Shown piece by piece: positions 11,949 to 23,666 of a stretch of 64,000 bases of DNA (position 1 is the stretch's first letter; every line of letters begins with the position of its first letter). Under the pieces are notes generated by a model. It did no database searches. It was not told where the DNA came from and was given only the letters and a program-made list of their open reading frames with translations. The stretch covers positions 25,882,774 to 25,946,773 of the forward strand of contig NC_092385.1 of assembly GCF_030028105.1 (NCBI RefSeq), given 5' to 3'. The position numbers and the translations under genes are program-made. This stretch comes from Mobula birostris. Its lineage: Eukaryota.

Positions 11949-12298
11949 GCATAATCTCATCAAACCTGTGTTGAACTTTGTGCAGCTGGCAAACAGAATT
12001 TTCACTTAACTTTTGCTTTAATGTCTGAAATTTAAGAATAACATTGCTAACTGCAATTGGCTGTGTAGGATTTCAAATTATTAATGTTTGATCTTGCTGG
12101 TCTTAGTCTTATGGTGGTTTCATGCAACAGCAACCAGCTTTCCAGGAAAGTCAGCAGTATATTTTGATCTATTTGAATATTCAATGTGAAATTTTGAATA
12201 TTAATATTCTAAATTTAACACTTGTGGACCTTTCAAATCCGTAACTACAGGGGAAGGGGATCAATGTAAACATTTGATATCTAATGACTTTTTTTTGA

Positions 12299-12304
12299 AA
12301 TAAA
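12299..12304 (+). terminator. KCTD6: Candidate distal KCTD6 polyadenylation signal (proximal ones at 11218 and 11230)
   Basis: AATAAA followed by a U-rich downstream element. Confidence 0.5.
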
Positions 12305-12427
12305 CTGTTTAAACCATTATTTTATTGATTCATTTGATTCATTTAATGAAAAGACTAGAACGTCTGAAACATTTGAATATTTTAAACAAAGGCATCATTT
12401 TAAGAAAATATACTTAGTTTTAAGCAA

Positions 12428-12433
12428 TTTATT
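12428..12433 (-). terminator. ACOX2: Candidate ACOX2 polyadenylation signal
   Basis: AATAAA on the minus strand ~180 nt after the stop, with U-rich downstream sequence. Confidence 0.5.
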
Positions 12434-12613
12434 GAAAATAATACAATTCTCATTTTATTTTACTTAAGCATATTGGAAATTGTCAATTCAATTAAACTTC
12501 AGTCAATACCCTCATAAAGCTGTTAACATTTAAAGTGAATAACTTGTATCTGATATCTATGCTGTTAAGTTTTAATAGGCAAATGTACATAAGTACAAAT
12601 TCAAATAAATGCA

Positions 12614-12676
12614 TTACAACTTGGACTGTGCTGCCTGAAAGTGAGGCTTCATGTATTTCTCATATGCAAGATTCAC
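12614..12676 (-). CDS. ACOX2: ACOX2 coding exon 14 (VNLAYEKYMKPHFQAAQSKL*; PTS1)
   Basis: caacag| acceptor, SKL-TAA. Confidence 0.92.
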   Translation of the reverse strand: MNLAYEKYMKPHFQAAQSKL

Positions 12677-13875
12677 CTGTTGAAACAAAAATAACAGTAA
12701 AATTATGTAATTAATGATAATGAATAAATCACTCATTCAGATTTTGATTGCTTTAATCAATCAGTTAATTATTATGGCTGACCTCCTGCCAGATTACCTT
12801 CCCAGCCCTTATGAATTTGAATAACAAACATTTCAAGCATTTATAAAAGCATACCATGGCCTGTACAGCTCAATACACTGACCTTTCACAGGAATTAACA
12901 AGAATGTTATCCCCAAGAAAACGTCATAACAACCTGAGATCGCGGAGGAATTGATGGCCATATTGCACTGTTCCACCAAGATCTAATCCCTGATCTTGTA
13001 CTACCTTCCCTCATTTGACATTCTCCCACTAGTGGAAACATTTTGCAAAATCTAGGTATGTCTCTTGCCTGTGAAATTCATATCTCAGTACATGGATTAC
13101 ACTACTGATATCCCATTTAAGTATAGGAACTGACCAGCATGCTTTGCTGTCAAGCTTCATTTCAGACTTAGTTATATCGATATCATTAACCATGGGAAAC
13201 AATTACATTTATTTGCAGCTCCAGCAAAGGTTAGAAACTCATGAAGGATAATACAAATTGATACTTCAAAAATGGGAAAGATATCCAAGTACAAACTAGG
13301 TTTAGCAAAGCAATGAATTGCTTGACTGCAAGTTACTGCACCTCAGTTGTACAAAGTGCAATAACACAAAAGTCAAAAATTTGGAATAGGAAATTTAGTA
13401 TAAGTCCACCTTGTGAAAGGTTGGACTCCCAAGCTTCAATCACTGTTTGACCCCAGTATTTAATTCTTGAAAAGGATTAATATAATTAATACATTTGATT
13501 TAATATGCATTATTTCAGTAAGGGCATATAGTACATCTCTTGATCTTTTTCGTAATATATAAACAAAGTAAAACAGGTGAAATTTACTGCTTTTATCTCA
13601 AAGAAATAAATACTTCTGAAATTTGAAACTATTCTTGTATATGTTAATGAAATGTTCACAAACAAAGAGGTGATTATTAACATCAATGCAGAGTTCCATT
13701 TTAGAAAGCTTAAAGATCCAGAAGGAATGAGAGGAAGGGATGCAGATTCCTCTTTTTGCAGTAATTCTTATCAGACAATGATTTTGCCACAATTGATGCA
13801 GAAAAAATAAACTCCCAAGTGGGACCATCCAATGAACAATGGGTCACAAAACAACAAATCTGATACAGGTAATAC

Positions 13876-14008
13876 CTTTGCATTTGATGGGGCTCTCTGA
13901 GCCCATTCAAAGAGGCGTTGATAAGCATGACCATCGTAACTACCAATGGCAGAATTCAGTTGTTGGTCAGGGTAATCAAATGCATCCACTATTGAGACAG
14001 CATCTTTC
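13876..14008 (-). CDS. ACOX2: ACOX2 coding exon 13 (KDAVSIVDAFDY...WAQRAPSNAK)
   Basis: 133 nt, AG/GT, frame-consistent. Confidence 0.92.
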
Positions 14009-14510
14009 CTAAAACCATAACATTAACATATTATTAACAGCTTTTACTAAGACTCAGAAAATGTAGCAACATAGATGGCAATTCAAAGTAACGAAACATA
14101 CCACAAGAGATTCACTGGAGCATTGCCAAACAAAAGTCAATATTGAGGAACAAGACAATTTTTGGACTTTGTCCAAAACTTGATCAACATGTAGCTTTTA
14201 AGGTACAGAAAAGGGGCAGAGAGTTTTGTGGGAGCATTGAAATTTGGGGTTTGGACCACTGGCAGCTTATATGGCATATCGAAAGGCTAGATTCTGCAAT
14301 GCCTCAATCAATCACACACAATTGACTAAAACATTGGTGGTCATATTCAAATTCTTCAATGAATACTAATTCAGAATGATGACAAGTCAAATGATATTTC
14401 TCACAACAGTGAGAGTTATCAACAGAGTTTACACACCACTGAAATATGGAACATCTGCTAAACTTGTTAAAAATCAGCAGAGCAGCCTCAGGGAGATACG
14501 TTATCTTCCA

Positions 14511-17157
14511 CATAAGACCATAAGATATAGGAGCAGAAGTAGACCATTTGGCCCATGAGTCTGCTCTGCCATTCAATTGTAGGCTGATCCAATTCTTCCA
14601 GTCATCCCCACTCCCCTGCCTTCTCCTCATACCCTTTGATGCCCTGGCTAATCAAGAACCTATTTATCTCTGCCTTAATTGCACCCAATGACTTGGCCTC
14701 CACAGCCGCTTGTGGCAACAAATTCCACAGATTTACCACCCTCTGACTAAAGTAATTTCTCTGCATCTCTGTTCTAAATAGGTGTCCTTCAATCTTGAAG
14801 TCGTGTCCTCGTGTCCTAGACTCCCCTACCATGGGAAATAACTTTGCCATATCTAATCTGTTCAGGCTTTTTAACATTCAGAATGTTTCTATGAGATCCC
14901 CCCCTCATTCTCCTGAACTCCAGAGCTGCCAGATGTTTCTCATACAGTAACCCTTTCATTCCTGGAATCATTCTTGTGAATCTTCTCTGAACCTTCTGCA
15001 ATGTCAGTATATCCTTTCTAACATAAGAAGCCCAAAACTGCACACAAAACTCCAAGTGTGGTCTCACGAGTGCCTTATAAAGCCTCAACATCACATCCCT
15101 GCTCTTATATTCTATACCTCTAGAAATGAATGCCAACATTGCATTCACCTTCTTCACAACCAACTCAATCTGGAGGTTAACCTTTAGGGTATCCTGCACA
15201 AGGACTCCCAAGTCCTTTTGCATCTCTGCATTTTGAATTCTCTTCCCATCTAAATAATAGTCTGCCCATTTATTTCTTCCACCAAAGTGCATGGCCATAC
15301 ACTTTTCAACATTGTATTTCATTTGCCACTTCTTTGCCCATTCCCCTAAACTATCTAAATCTCTGTACAGGCTCTGTTTCCTCAACACTACGTGCTCCTC
15401 CACCTATCTTTGTATCATCAGCAAATTTATCCACAAATCCATTAATCCCGTTGTCCATATCATTGACATACATCGTAAAAAGCAGCTGTCTCAACACCTA
15501 CCCCCTTTGGAACTCACTGGTAACTGGCAGCCAGTCAGAATAGGATCCTTTTATTCCCACTCTTTGTTTTCTGCCGATTAGCCAATGCTCCACCCATGCT
15601 AGTAACTTCCCTGTAATTTCATGGGCTCTTATCTCGCTAAGCAGCCTCATATGCAGCACCTTGTCAAAGGCCTTCGGAAAATCCAAGTACACAACATCTA
15701 CTGCATCTCTTTTGTCTACCCTGCTTGTAATTTCCTCAAAAAATTGCAGTAGGTTGTCAGGCAGGGTTTTGCTTTCAGGAAACCATGCTGGCTTTGGCCT
15801 ATCTTGTCATGTGCCTCTAGGTACTCTGTAATCTCATCCCCAACAATTGATTCCAACAACTTCCCAACCACTGATGTCAGGCTAACAGGTCTATAGTTTA
15901 CTTTCTTCTGCCTCCCACCCTTCTTAAATAGCGGAGTAACACTTGCAATTTTCCAGTCATCTGGTACAATGCCAGAGTCTACCGATTCTTGAAAGATCAC
16001 CGTTAATGCCTCTGCAATCTCTCCAGCTACTTCCTTCAGAACCCAAGGGTGCATTCCATCAGGTCCAGATTTATCTACCCTCAGACCATTAAGCTTCCTG
16101 AGCACCTTCTCAGTCGTAATTTTCACTGCATATACTTCACTTCCCTGACACTCTTGAATGCTGGTATACTGCAGATGTCTTCCACTGTGAAGACTGACGC
16201 AAAATATGCATTCAGTTCCTCTGCCATCTCTGTGTCTCTCATTATAATACAGGTTTCCCCCACTATCCGAAAGTAGAGCGTTCCTATGAAACCTTTCGAA
16301 AGCCAAAATGGCGTAAAGCGAAGAAGCAATTACCATTAATTTATATGGGAAAAATTTTTGAGCGTTTCCAGACCCAAAAAATAACCTACCAAATCATACC
16401 AAATAACACATAAAACCTGAAATAACACTAACGCATAGTAAAAGCAGGAATGATATGATAAATACACAGCCTATATAAAGTAGAAATAATGTATGTACAG
16501 TGTAGTTTCATTTACCAGAATTGGGAAGACAGCGAGCACACTGGAAGGTTCACGCATTTTTCTATCATACAGTTCTTTGTAAGTACTCAAAACATCCTGC
16601 AAACCTGCCCTAAACCTACGTGCCCTTTCAAAATTAAATTCATACTTTTCTGCAATCATAGCAGCACTGTCAATCGTAGCGAAAATCTCACGCAGTTCAA
16701 AGCTATGGCGGCTTGATGCTGAGTGTAGTTCCTAGGGACGGAGCTTGGCGGTGCCACTCTCACTGCTCGGGGTGCGCGCTGCCTCTAATGGCTCGCTGCA
16801 AAACAAACGCTGAACATTATTTTCGCTTTTTGCCACTCTCGCTGCTCGGGGTGCGCGCTGCCTCTATAATGGCTTGCTGTAAAAGAAATGCTGAACGCTA
16901 TTTTCATTTTTTTCGTAAAAGCGAAAATCCTTTTCAGATTTCTTTCGGTTAGTGAAAACAGGTCTTTCATAAAAGCGAAGTGGCGTAAAGCAAACTTTCG
17001 TAAAGTGGGGGACACCTGTATCTCCATCGTCATTTCTACTGGTCCTATATCTACCCTCAACTCTCTTTTACCCTTTAAATACTTAAAAAAGTGTTTAGTA
17101 TCTTCTCTGATATTAGTAGCCAGCTTACTTTCATATTTCATCTTTTCCTTCCTAATG
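14511..17157 (-). mobile_element. CR1 LINE, 5'-truncated and frameshifted, split by a Tigger-like insertion
   Basis: RT fragments (NYRPVSLTSVVGK, YLDFPKAFDKV, LYKALVRPHLE); sequence resumes after 17020. Confidence 0.9.
16250..17018 (-). mobile_element. Non-autonomous Tigger/pogo-like DNA transposon
   Basis: TA TSD on both sides; ~24-bp imperfect TIRs CAGGT(T/G)TCCCCCACT...CGAAAG; transposase C-terminal remnant (YKELYDRK). Confidence 0.85.
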
Positions 17158-17877
17158 ACACCTCAACAAGAAAGTCAGAAGTTGCATTTGGCAATACACA
17201 TGAAAAGTCATCTGTAGCTGAAATCATTAGCTTTTACATAAATTTTATTGGAATGGACTTTTCAAATGAATAGGATAGTTACTTTAGCACCACAGCTTAG
17301 TACATTTTGGAACTGCTGTTGGATAATTGGCAAGTTCAGCGATACATTGGGAGATTACATTTGCTGTCACCTTACTCACATTTTGCTTCTGCATTTGTAC
17401 ACTGTTGTAAAATCAAAAGATAAGCTGAATTTCAGAATGCAATTGGGCCTATTAATCTGTGGGTAAGATTCCAAATAATGTTGGATTTGACCAAGTGGCT
17501 TTAATGGGCTGTCTCAAAATTTCAGGAAATGAACTGTTTCTGCATATTACATCAACCTTAATAAGTTGTTATTTTTCTTATCTTCTGTCCTATTATCTTT
17601 GTGGAGCTAAACATGACCAAAAGCACAAACAGAAACATGAATTTGCTCAGCATGATAATACTCAATGCAAAGATGGACCTTATTATGTCCTGAAAAATAA
17701 ATTCCGCTGCTGCTGCTTATTCAAAAATAGCTTGTAGTTTCTGATTGGAAACCCAGTGCTGTGGTTAGTGATTTTCACTTCCACAGTTACAAAAACAAAA
17801 AAATGACAACATAAACTAATTGACATATTCAAATAATTTTTTCTTATTCTGCATTTATGTATGTACAAATAAATTAC

Positions 17878-18095
17878 CGGAGGAGAGCTAGAAGATCCAA
17901 TTGAGAAGAACTCAATAAATCTAGTTGCTTTCCAGTCATATAACCATCGTATAGGAAATCCCCAGCATTGGCCAGAATGCCAGTCAATGCATAAAGATCA
18001 CATAACCTCTTGATCACTTGCTGGATTTCAGGCTCCAGCTTCAGCTTCTCCACTGCGTCGACAAAGTTCTTCACAACTACAAACTGACAGTGAGC
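17878..18095 (-). CDS. ACOX2: ACOX2 coding exon 12 (AHCQFVVV...LLALLR)
   Basis: 218 nt, ttacag|...|gtaatt. Confidence 0.93.
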
Positions 18096-18894
18096 CTGTA
18101 AAATTAAAGGGGGCTTCATAATGAAACAGAAACATTGAACCCAAGAAACAAAATCAGAACATTCACGTATCTGACTAGAGTATTTTCCCCAAATGTCATC
18201 CATTTTCATAGAGGGTGGAGCAGGCTTGAGAGGTTTCTGCTGCTCCTGTTCACATTCTAACATTCACTCAACAACACAGCTCTGCTAAGACTTTCCAGTC
18301 TGGGATTCTGGGTGGGTTGCATGTGGTGGTAGTGAGTGAATTTTGAAAACACGGTGTTTTAATTATTTGTCAAAAATATCAATAAGAGATATTTTGGGCC
18401 TAGTCTTAAATAAAGATGGGAACTGGTCCTAATTTTAAAAAAATCATTGTTTACTCTCAGTGACTGACATGGAAACCTGGGCAATATTTCTCATGTGTGT
18501 TCTTTATTGGTATGTGGTATTATGAATCCAACGGAGATGCAGCTGAGGGACGTCACCAAGGGTTTCCATAGCAATCAGCTTCATAACAAGGAAATTAATC
18601 CTTTGCACAATGACGAGTCACTTGACTTCCACACAACATTCGAGATCACTGTTGAGATCAGCTGTCGTGTTCAGCTGAAAGTTCAGCAGGATCATCAGCA
18701 TTCCGAGTGGTGCACATTGCAGTCACAGCTGCAGGTGTGTAGGTGGTAAATGTTAGGCCAGATGATCCAGCCTATTTTCCTGCTCCAGTCTATGAATTTC
18801 TTCTCAGTTCCCTCTTAACACTCATAGCACAATCCTGTAGCCATCAGAACTGCTGCTTTAAAGTTCCATTTACCCAATTAGAATGGCTCCAGCA

Positions 18895-19105
18895 GCTGTG
18901 CTATGTCTTTTTTTGTGTGAAATGTGGGAATTCTAGGAGATTTTTGTTTCATTCAGGAAAATGAAAAAATGATGGATCGGAGCTACAGGGAGGTAGTCAC
19001 CCCTAACTTGCAGGAGGCAGGTATCTGGGCGACTGTCAGGAGAGGGAAAAGAAATGGGCAGCCTGTGCAGAGCACCCCTGTGGCCATTCTTCTCAATAAT
19101 AAGAT
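18895..19105 (+). mobile_element. CR1 ORF1 fragment
   Basis: SYREVVTP...WATVRRGK, homologous to ORF1 at 42698-42967. Confidence 0.6.
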
Positions 19106-19184
19106 AAGAAAGATGGAGGGGCAGGTAGTGTTGAGAAAACAGGAAGGCCGCATAGGACTTAGAAGTCATGGGACTTAGATTGCC

Positions 19185-19586
19185 GATTGCGTTGCCTCTG
19201 ATCTAGGCCGGCATTTACGTGCTGGGCGGCACGTAATCAATTAGCTTGTTTATTTCGGCTTTTTTCTTAAAAACGTGCTGGATGCATTCTGGCTACCGCT
19301 GTACCACTGCATCCTTCACGGCCCGGTGGTTTGGGACCACTGTTATAATTGACTTATCACTATATTCATGCGAAGAAAATATGTGCTGTGTGTTTAATAT
19401 TAAATTCGTTAGATAAACCCCTTTAGAAATGAAATTGAGTGCATTAGCCACTTACAAGTGACTTATCACCTATATTCCAGTCGTGATTAATTCTCCCCCC
19501 CCCCCCCCCCCCCCGTCCACTGGTCCACAAGAATATTGTCAATATTAAACCGGTCCGCGGTACAAAAAAGGTTGGGGACCCCCTGG
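19185..19586. mobile_element. hAT-type MITE remnants including a poly-C tract
   Basis: Termini ...aaaaaggttggggacccctg and ...gtttgggaccactg. Confidence 0.5.
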
Positions 19587-20170
19587 CCCAGACTAGCAAG
19601 GATACAATGCTGATGCTTTATAAGGCACTGGTGAGGGCTCACTTGGAGTATTGTGAGCAGTTTTAGGTCCTTTATCTAAGAAGAGGGTTCAGAGGAGGTT
19701 CACGAGAATGATTCCGGGAATGAAAGGCTTCTTGTATGAGGAGTGTTTGATGGTTCTGAGTCTATACTCACCGGAATTTAGAAAAATGAGGGAGAACCTC
19801 ATAGAAACTTATCAAATGTTGAAAGGCCTAGATAGCATGGATGTGGAGTTGATATTTCCTATACTGGGGGTGTCTAGGACTACAGGACACAGCCTGGAAA
19901 TAGAGAAGCAAGCATTTAGTAGGGAAATGAGAAGGAATTTCTTTTGCCAGAGAATGGTGAACCTGGGGAATTCATTGTCACAGGCGGCTGTGGAAGCCAG
20001 GTCATTTGGTGTATTTAAGGCAGAGATTGAAAAGTTCTTGATTAGTCAGGGTGCATGGAGAAGTCAGGAAAATGTTGTTGAAAGGAAAAATAGATCAGCC
20101 ATAATAAAATGATGGTGCAGACACAATGGGCTGAGTGGCCTAATTCTGTTCCTATATCTTATGGTCTTAT
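19587..20170 (+). mobile_element. CR1 LINE 3' fragment
   Basis: RT C-terminus (MIPGMKG...RRNFFCQRMVN) and CR1 3' UTR. Confidence 0.8.
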
Positions 20171-20476
20171 TCAATCCTGTACTCTAGTATTAGATTTATC
20201 ACATTTGCCTTGTGATCATGTTTCCCCCTCCATATTCTCCAGTCTCCTTTCTAATCCTAAAATTGTGCAGATTGATAGATGAAGTGGCCTCTATTATAGC
20301 ACCTTGTGTTTAGTTAGTGACAGAATCAGGAGAGCATTCATGGGATGTGGGGAAAATAAAATGGATAAATATTTTTTGGAAAAAAGATGCTTGATAGTTG
20401 GTATGGACTTGGGGTGTTGTATTTCTTTGACTCCACGACTAACAACATAATCAAAAATGAAATAAAAAAGAAACAC

Positions 20477-20812
20477 TGATGTTATGAGTGGTATTGATAG
20501 TAGGCTTTTTCCAGTGAGATTGGGTGAGCCTAGAACTAAAGGTCATGGTTTAAGGTTGAAAGGTGAAATGTTTAAGGGGACCATGAGGGGGAACTTCTTC
20601 ACTTAGAGGGTGGTGAGAGTATGGAACGAGCTACCAGCTGAAGTGGTAGATTTGGGTTTAATTTCAACATCAAGAGAAATTTAGATAGGTACACGGATGG
20701 GAGTGATATGGAGCACTGTGGTCTTGGTGCAGGTCAATGGGACTAGGTAGATCAATAGCCTGGCACAGACTAGATGGGCTGAATGGCATGATTCTGTGCT
20801 GTAGTGTTCAAT
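20477..20812 (+). mobile_element. CR1 LINE 3' fragment
   Basis: aacttcttcacttagagggtggtgagagtatggaacgagct and gggctgaatggc...tgtgctgta 3' end. Confidence 0.7.
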
Positions 20813-21174
20813 GACTCCAATATAATGTCTGAAAAACATGATAGACTCTGACGCCATATCAGGCAAAATGTTACTGACTGCACTTGTACTTCAACTGAAC
20901 CTGTTAGCTGCAACTGAACTATTCCATATAGGATCTGCTTGTATTAACACGCAGTATCACCTGGAACCTCAAATGCTGCATGAACCTAACTGTCTGTTTC
21001 ACTATTACTAGCTGAACAAATCATTGTAGCAGACTTTTAGTTGCAAAAACTACGATTTTGATATATTTGTTGTTATTTTTTCCCTTTTTCAGTGAAATCA
21101 ATGGTAAATAATGATCATCAATTACCTGGATGTAGTCGTCCATCATAAATGCAAGTACATTTGATAATATAGAA

Positions 21175-21254
21175 CAGGGGCTCCCCACCTGGGATCCACA
21201 GTCCCCTTGGTTAATGGTAGGGGACCCTGACATAAAAAAGGTTGGGAACTCCTG
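21175..21254. mobile_element. hAT MITE, same family as 11871-11948
   Basis: cagggg...aggttgggaactcctg termini; decayed TSD ATATAGAA/ATATACAG. Confidence 0.7.
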
Positions 21255-21343
21255 ATATACAGGAAATAAAATATTTGATAGCTAAGGATAGATCAATGCT
21301 TTTGACAAGAACAAAGGAATGAGAATGAGATCCAGTAACTTAC

Positions 21344-21449
21344 AACTGCAGTCCTTGCAAGCTGCACAGAAGTGGTATTCCAGGCAACATACTGCTCATT
21401 TCCAGACTGAAGAAGAGACTGCAATTTGTCCCCAGAACCCTTAATCAGT
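21344..21449 (-). CDS. ACOX2: ACOX2 coding exon 11 (LIKGSGDKLQ...AWNTTSVQLARTAV)
   Basis: 106 nt, ctacag|...|gtaagt. Confidence 0.92.
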
Positions 21450-21744
21450 CTGTAGAAATACAATGACACATACAAAGCAGCTTACTTTTGATAAAAAAAA
21501 GCTTACTTTTGATAAAAAATGGCTCTGCAATGTGATAATTGTGTTATTAAAGCAAAATGATTATTGTGCATTACTAGCTAATCTATCCACAGCTGCAGAC
21601 AATCCTATTTCCAGTATTTTCTGTTTTTATTTACTATTTCCTATCACCTATAAACTTTACCAGTATATATAAATTTTATAACTTTGTGATAATAGTAGAC
21701 CATTAACTAAATGGACATGGAGCTTTCAGGACATGATAGAGAGT

Positions 21745-22045
21745 AAGGTGGCATAGTAGTGTAACACTTAGAAGATCAGGGTTCAATTCCTGTCAATGTC
21801 TGTAAGGATTTGTACACTCTCCCTGTGACCCTGTGGTTCCCTCCAGGTGCTCCAGTTTCCTCCCACATTCCAAAGATATACGGGTTAGGATTAGTACATT
21901 GTGGGCGTGCTATGTTGGTAGCGGAAGCATGGTGATATTTGCAGGCTGCCCCCAGCATATCTTTGGACTGTGTTGGTCTTTGACACAAATGACATATTTC
22001 ACTCAATGCTTTGATGTACATGTGACAAATAAAGCTAATCTTTAA
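21745..22045 (+). mobile_element. tRNA-derived V-SINE/HE1-like SINE
   Basis: B-box gggttcaattcc, V-core ctccaggtgctccagtttcctcccacattccaaaga, LINE-like tail. Confidence 0.7.
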
Positions 22046-22673
22046 TTTGATGGCTAGATTTGATCATGAACAACATACGTTTGGGTAATGGCTTTTACAT
22101 TTAATTGGGAATATAGTCCACAGGTCATTAAGTTTTTTCAGCAAACAGTAAAGAAATTTATTAAGTCATCTCAAATGATCTATTGAGTGTTATATTAAGT
22201 GTACACTATCATTGCTCATTACTGCTTTCAACATCCACAGGTACAAAATGATGCCCAATACCATTGTGTACAAAAAATATTTTCTGTTAAACACTATACC
22301 ATCATTTTCTTCTTGCATATTGACTCGGATTGAGGACTTAGTGGACTCATGTTCTTGGGTTGCTTATCTCTGCAAACAACCAAATCGCTCTTCCATTTAA
22401 GTTCTATACATTCATACTTTGTCCACTTAAACGTCACCATTATGTCCCATCATGTGCTGTAGTGTTTTGTTCAACATTATTTATCAACCTCCAGTTATTT
22501 TCAACTTCTCCAATGTTAACAATGGTCATAGGTCAGTTTCCAGAGTCCAAATTCATTCATAAAGTGCTAAAACTACCATTATTCTTTGCAACCATTTTCT
22601 TACCTACTCACTCTTGGTGTATTTCACTAATGGGCCATCTGAATTTTAAATTTAGAAATGTGTTTTTACTGAC

Positions 22674-22835
22674 CTTTGTGCTCTGTGCTTGTAGGCTTCT
22701 GTGTATACCAATGGCTTAAAGAAATCAGTTTTCTCCTTTGCAGTACAATGGAGAGAGACATGTTCAGACAGGTAAGAGACAGAATGGGGTAAAGGTTGAC
22801 CATGATCCACTCTAGCAAGGCACTTTATTAGAAAC
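22674..22835 (-). CDS. ACOX2: ACOX2 coding exon 10 (FLIKCLARV...EAYKHRAQR)
   Basis: 162 nt, ttttag|...|gtcagt, open and in frame; absent from the ORF track. Confidence 0.9.
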
Positions 22836-23666
22836 CTAAAATGCAGATAATAAAAATCACATTAGTTCTAATGAATCAAAATAGAACTTGCATTCAAAGG
22901 TAACTTTTGAAGTCATATTTGACAAATTTGACTATATTTGGAACATACACTTTTTCCACAGAACTGACATGGGATCAATTTGACCCTGCTACAGTACATA
23001 CTAGATTTCAGTTTGAAAACAAGCCAGCTTTTGAAATAAGGATCTTGTTATTTCTGCACCAACTTCTGCATGCTGCTTTATGGCTGAGAGTTTGGATACT
23101 CCTACTTGCAGTATAATAGATGCTTTTGTTTATCTGAAATCATCAAAATTCTAAGACCCAAGTCTATCATAGGGCTGCTATGGAGGTTCATCATAATCCA
23201 GTCTACATGTGAAAAGAGATATTGTGAGTGTGCATAGTTTGTTGACCATGATGAGATATGAAAACCAGGTTAGATATGAAAAGGTGACATGTATTTCCAT
23301 TATTAAGCCTGTTTATTAAAACCACTGAGCTAGTTTGAAAATCATAAATACTACTCTTCCACTCTTCTCATGCAACAATGCTTTATGGCTGTAACTTAGA
23401 AACTAATGTCCATGTAAAGGTTTAAATTAGTGATAATTACATATAACTACTAAATAACTTTGTTCTTCCATACTCTCATCTAAATTTGTGCCTCAGATTT
23501 AAAAGTCTGATCTCCAAAATGGCAGGGAAGCAAGCTTCAGTAAAAGCCTTGACTTAAAAGCTTATCAGCAGAAAAATTAGGCTGAGCTTGCAAAATCAGA
23601 TCTTGGGAAGGACAACATGGTGCCATTTCAAGGCAAAAACTAGCAATTTGATGAAATGGGTGTCAT

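Noticed and set aside
22990-23135. Candidate ACOX2 exon
   Set aside because: Immediate stop in the required phase; the correct exon is 22674-22835.
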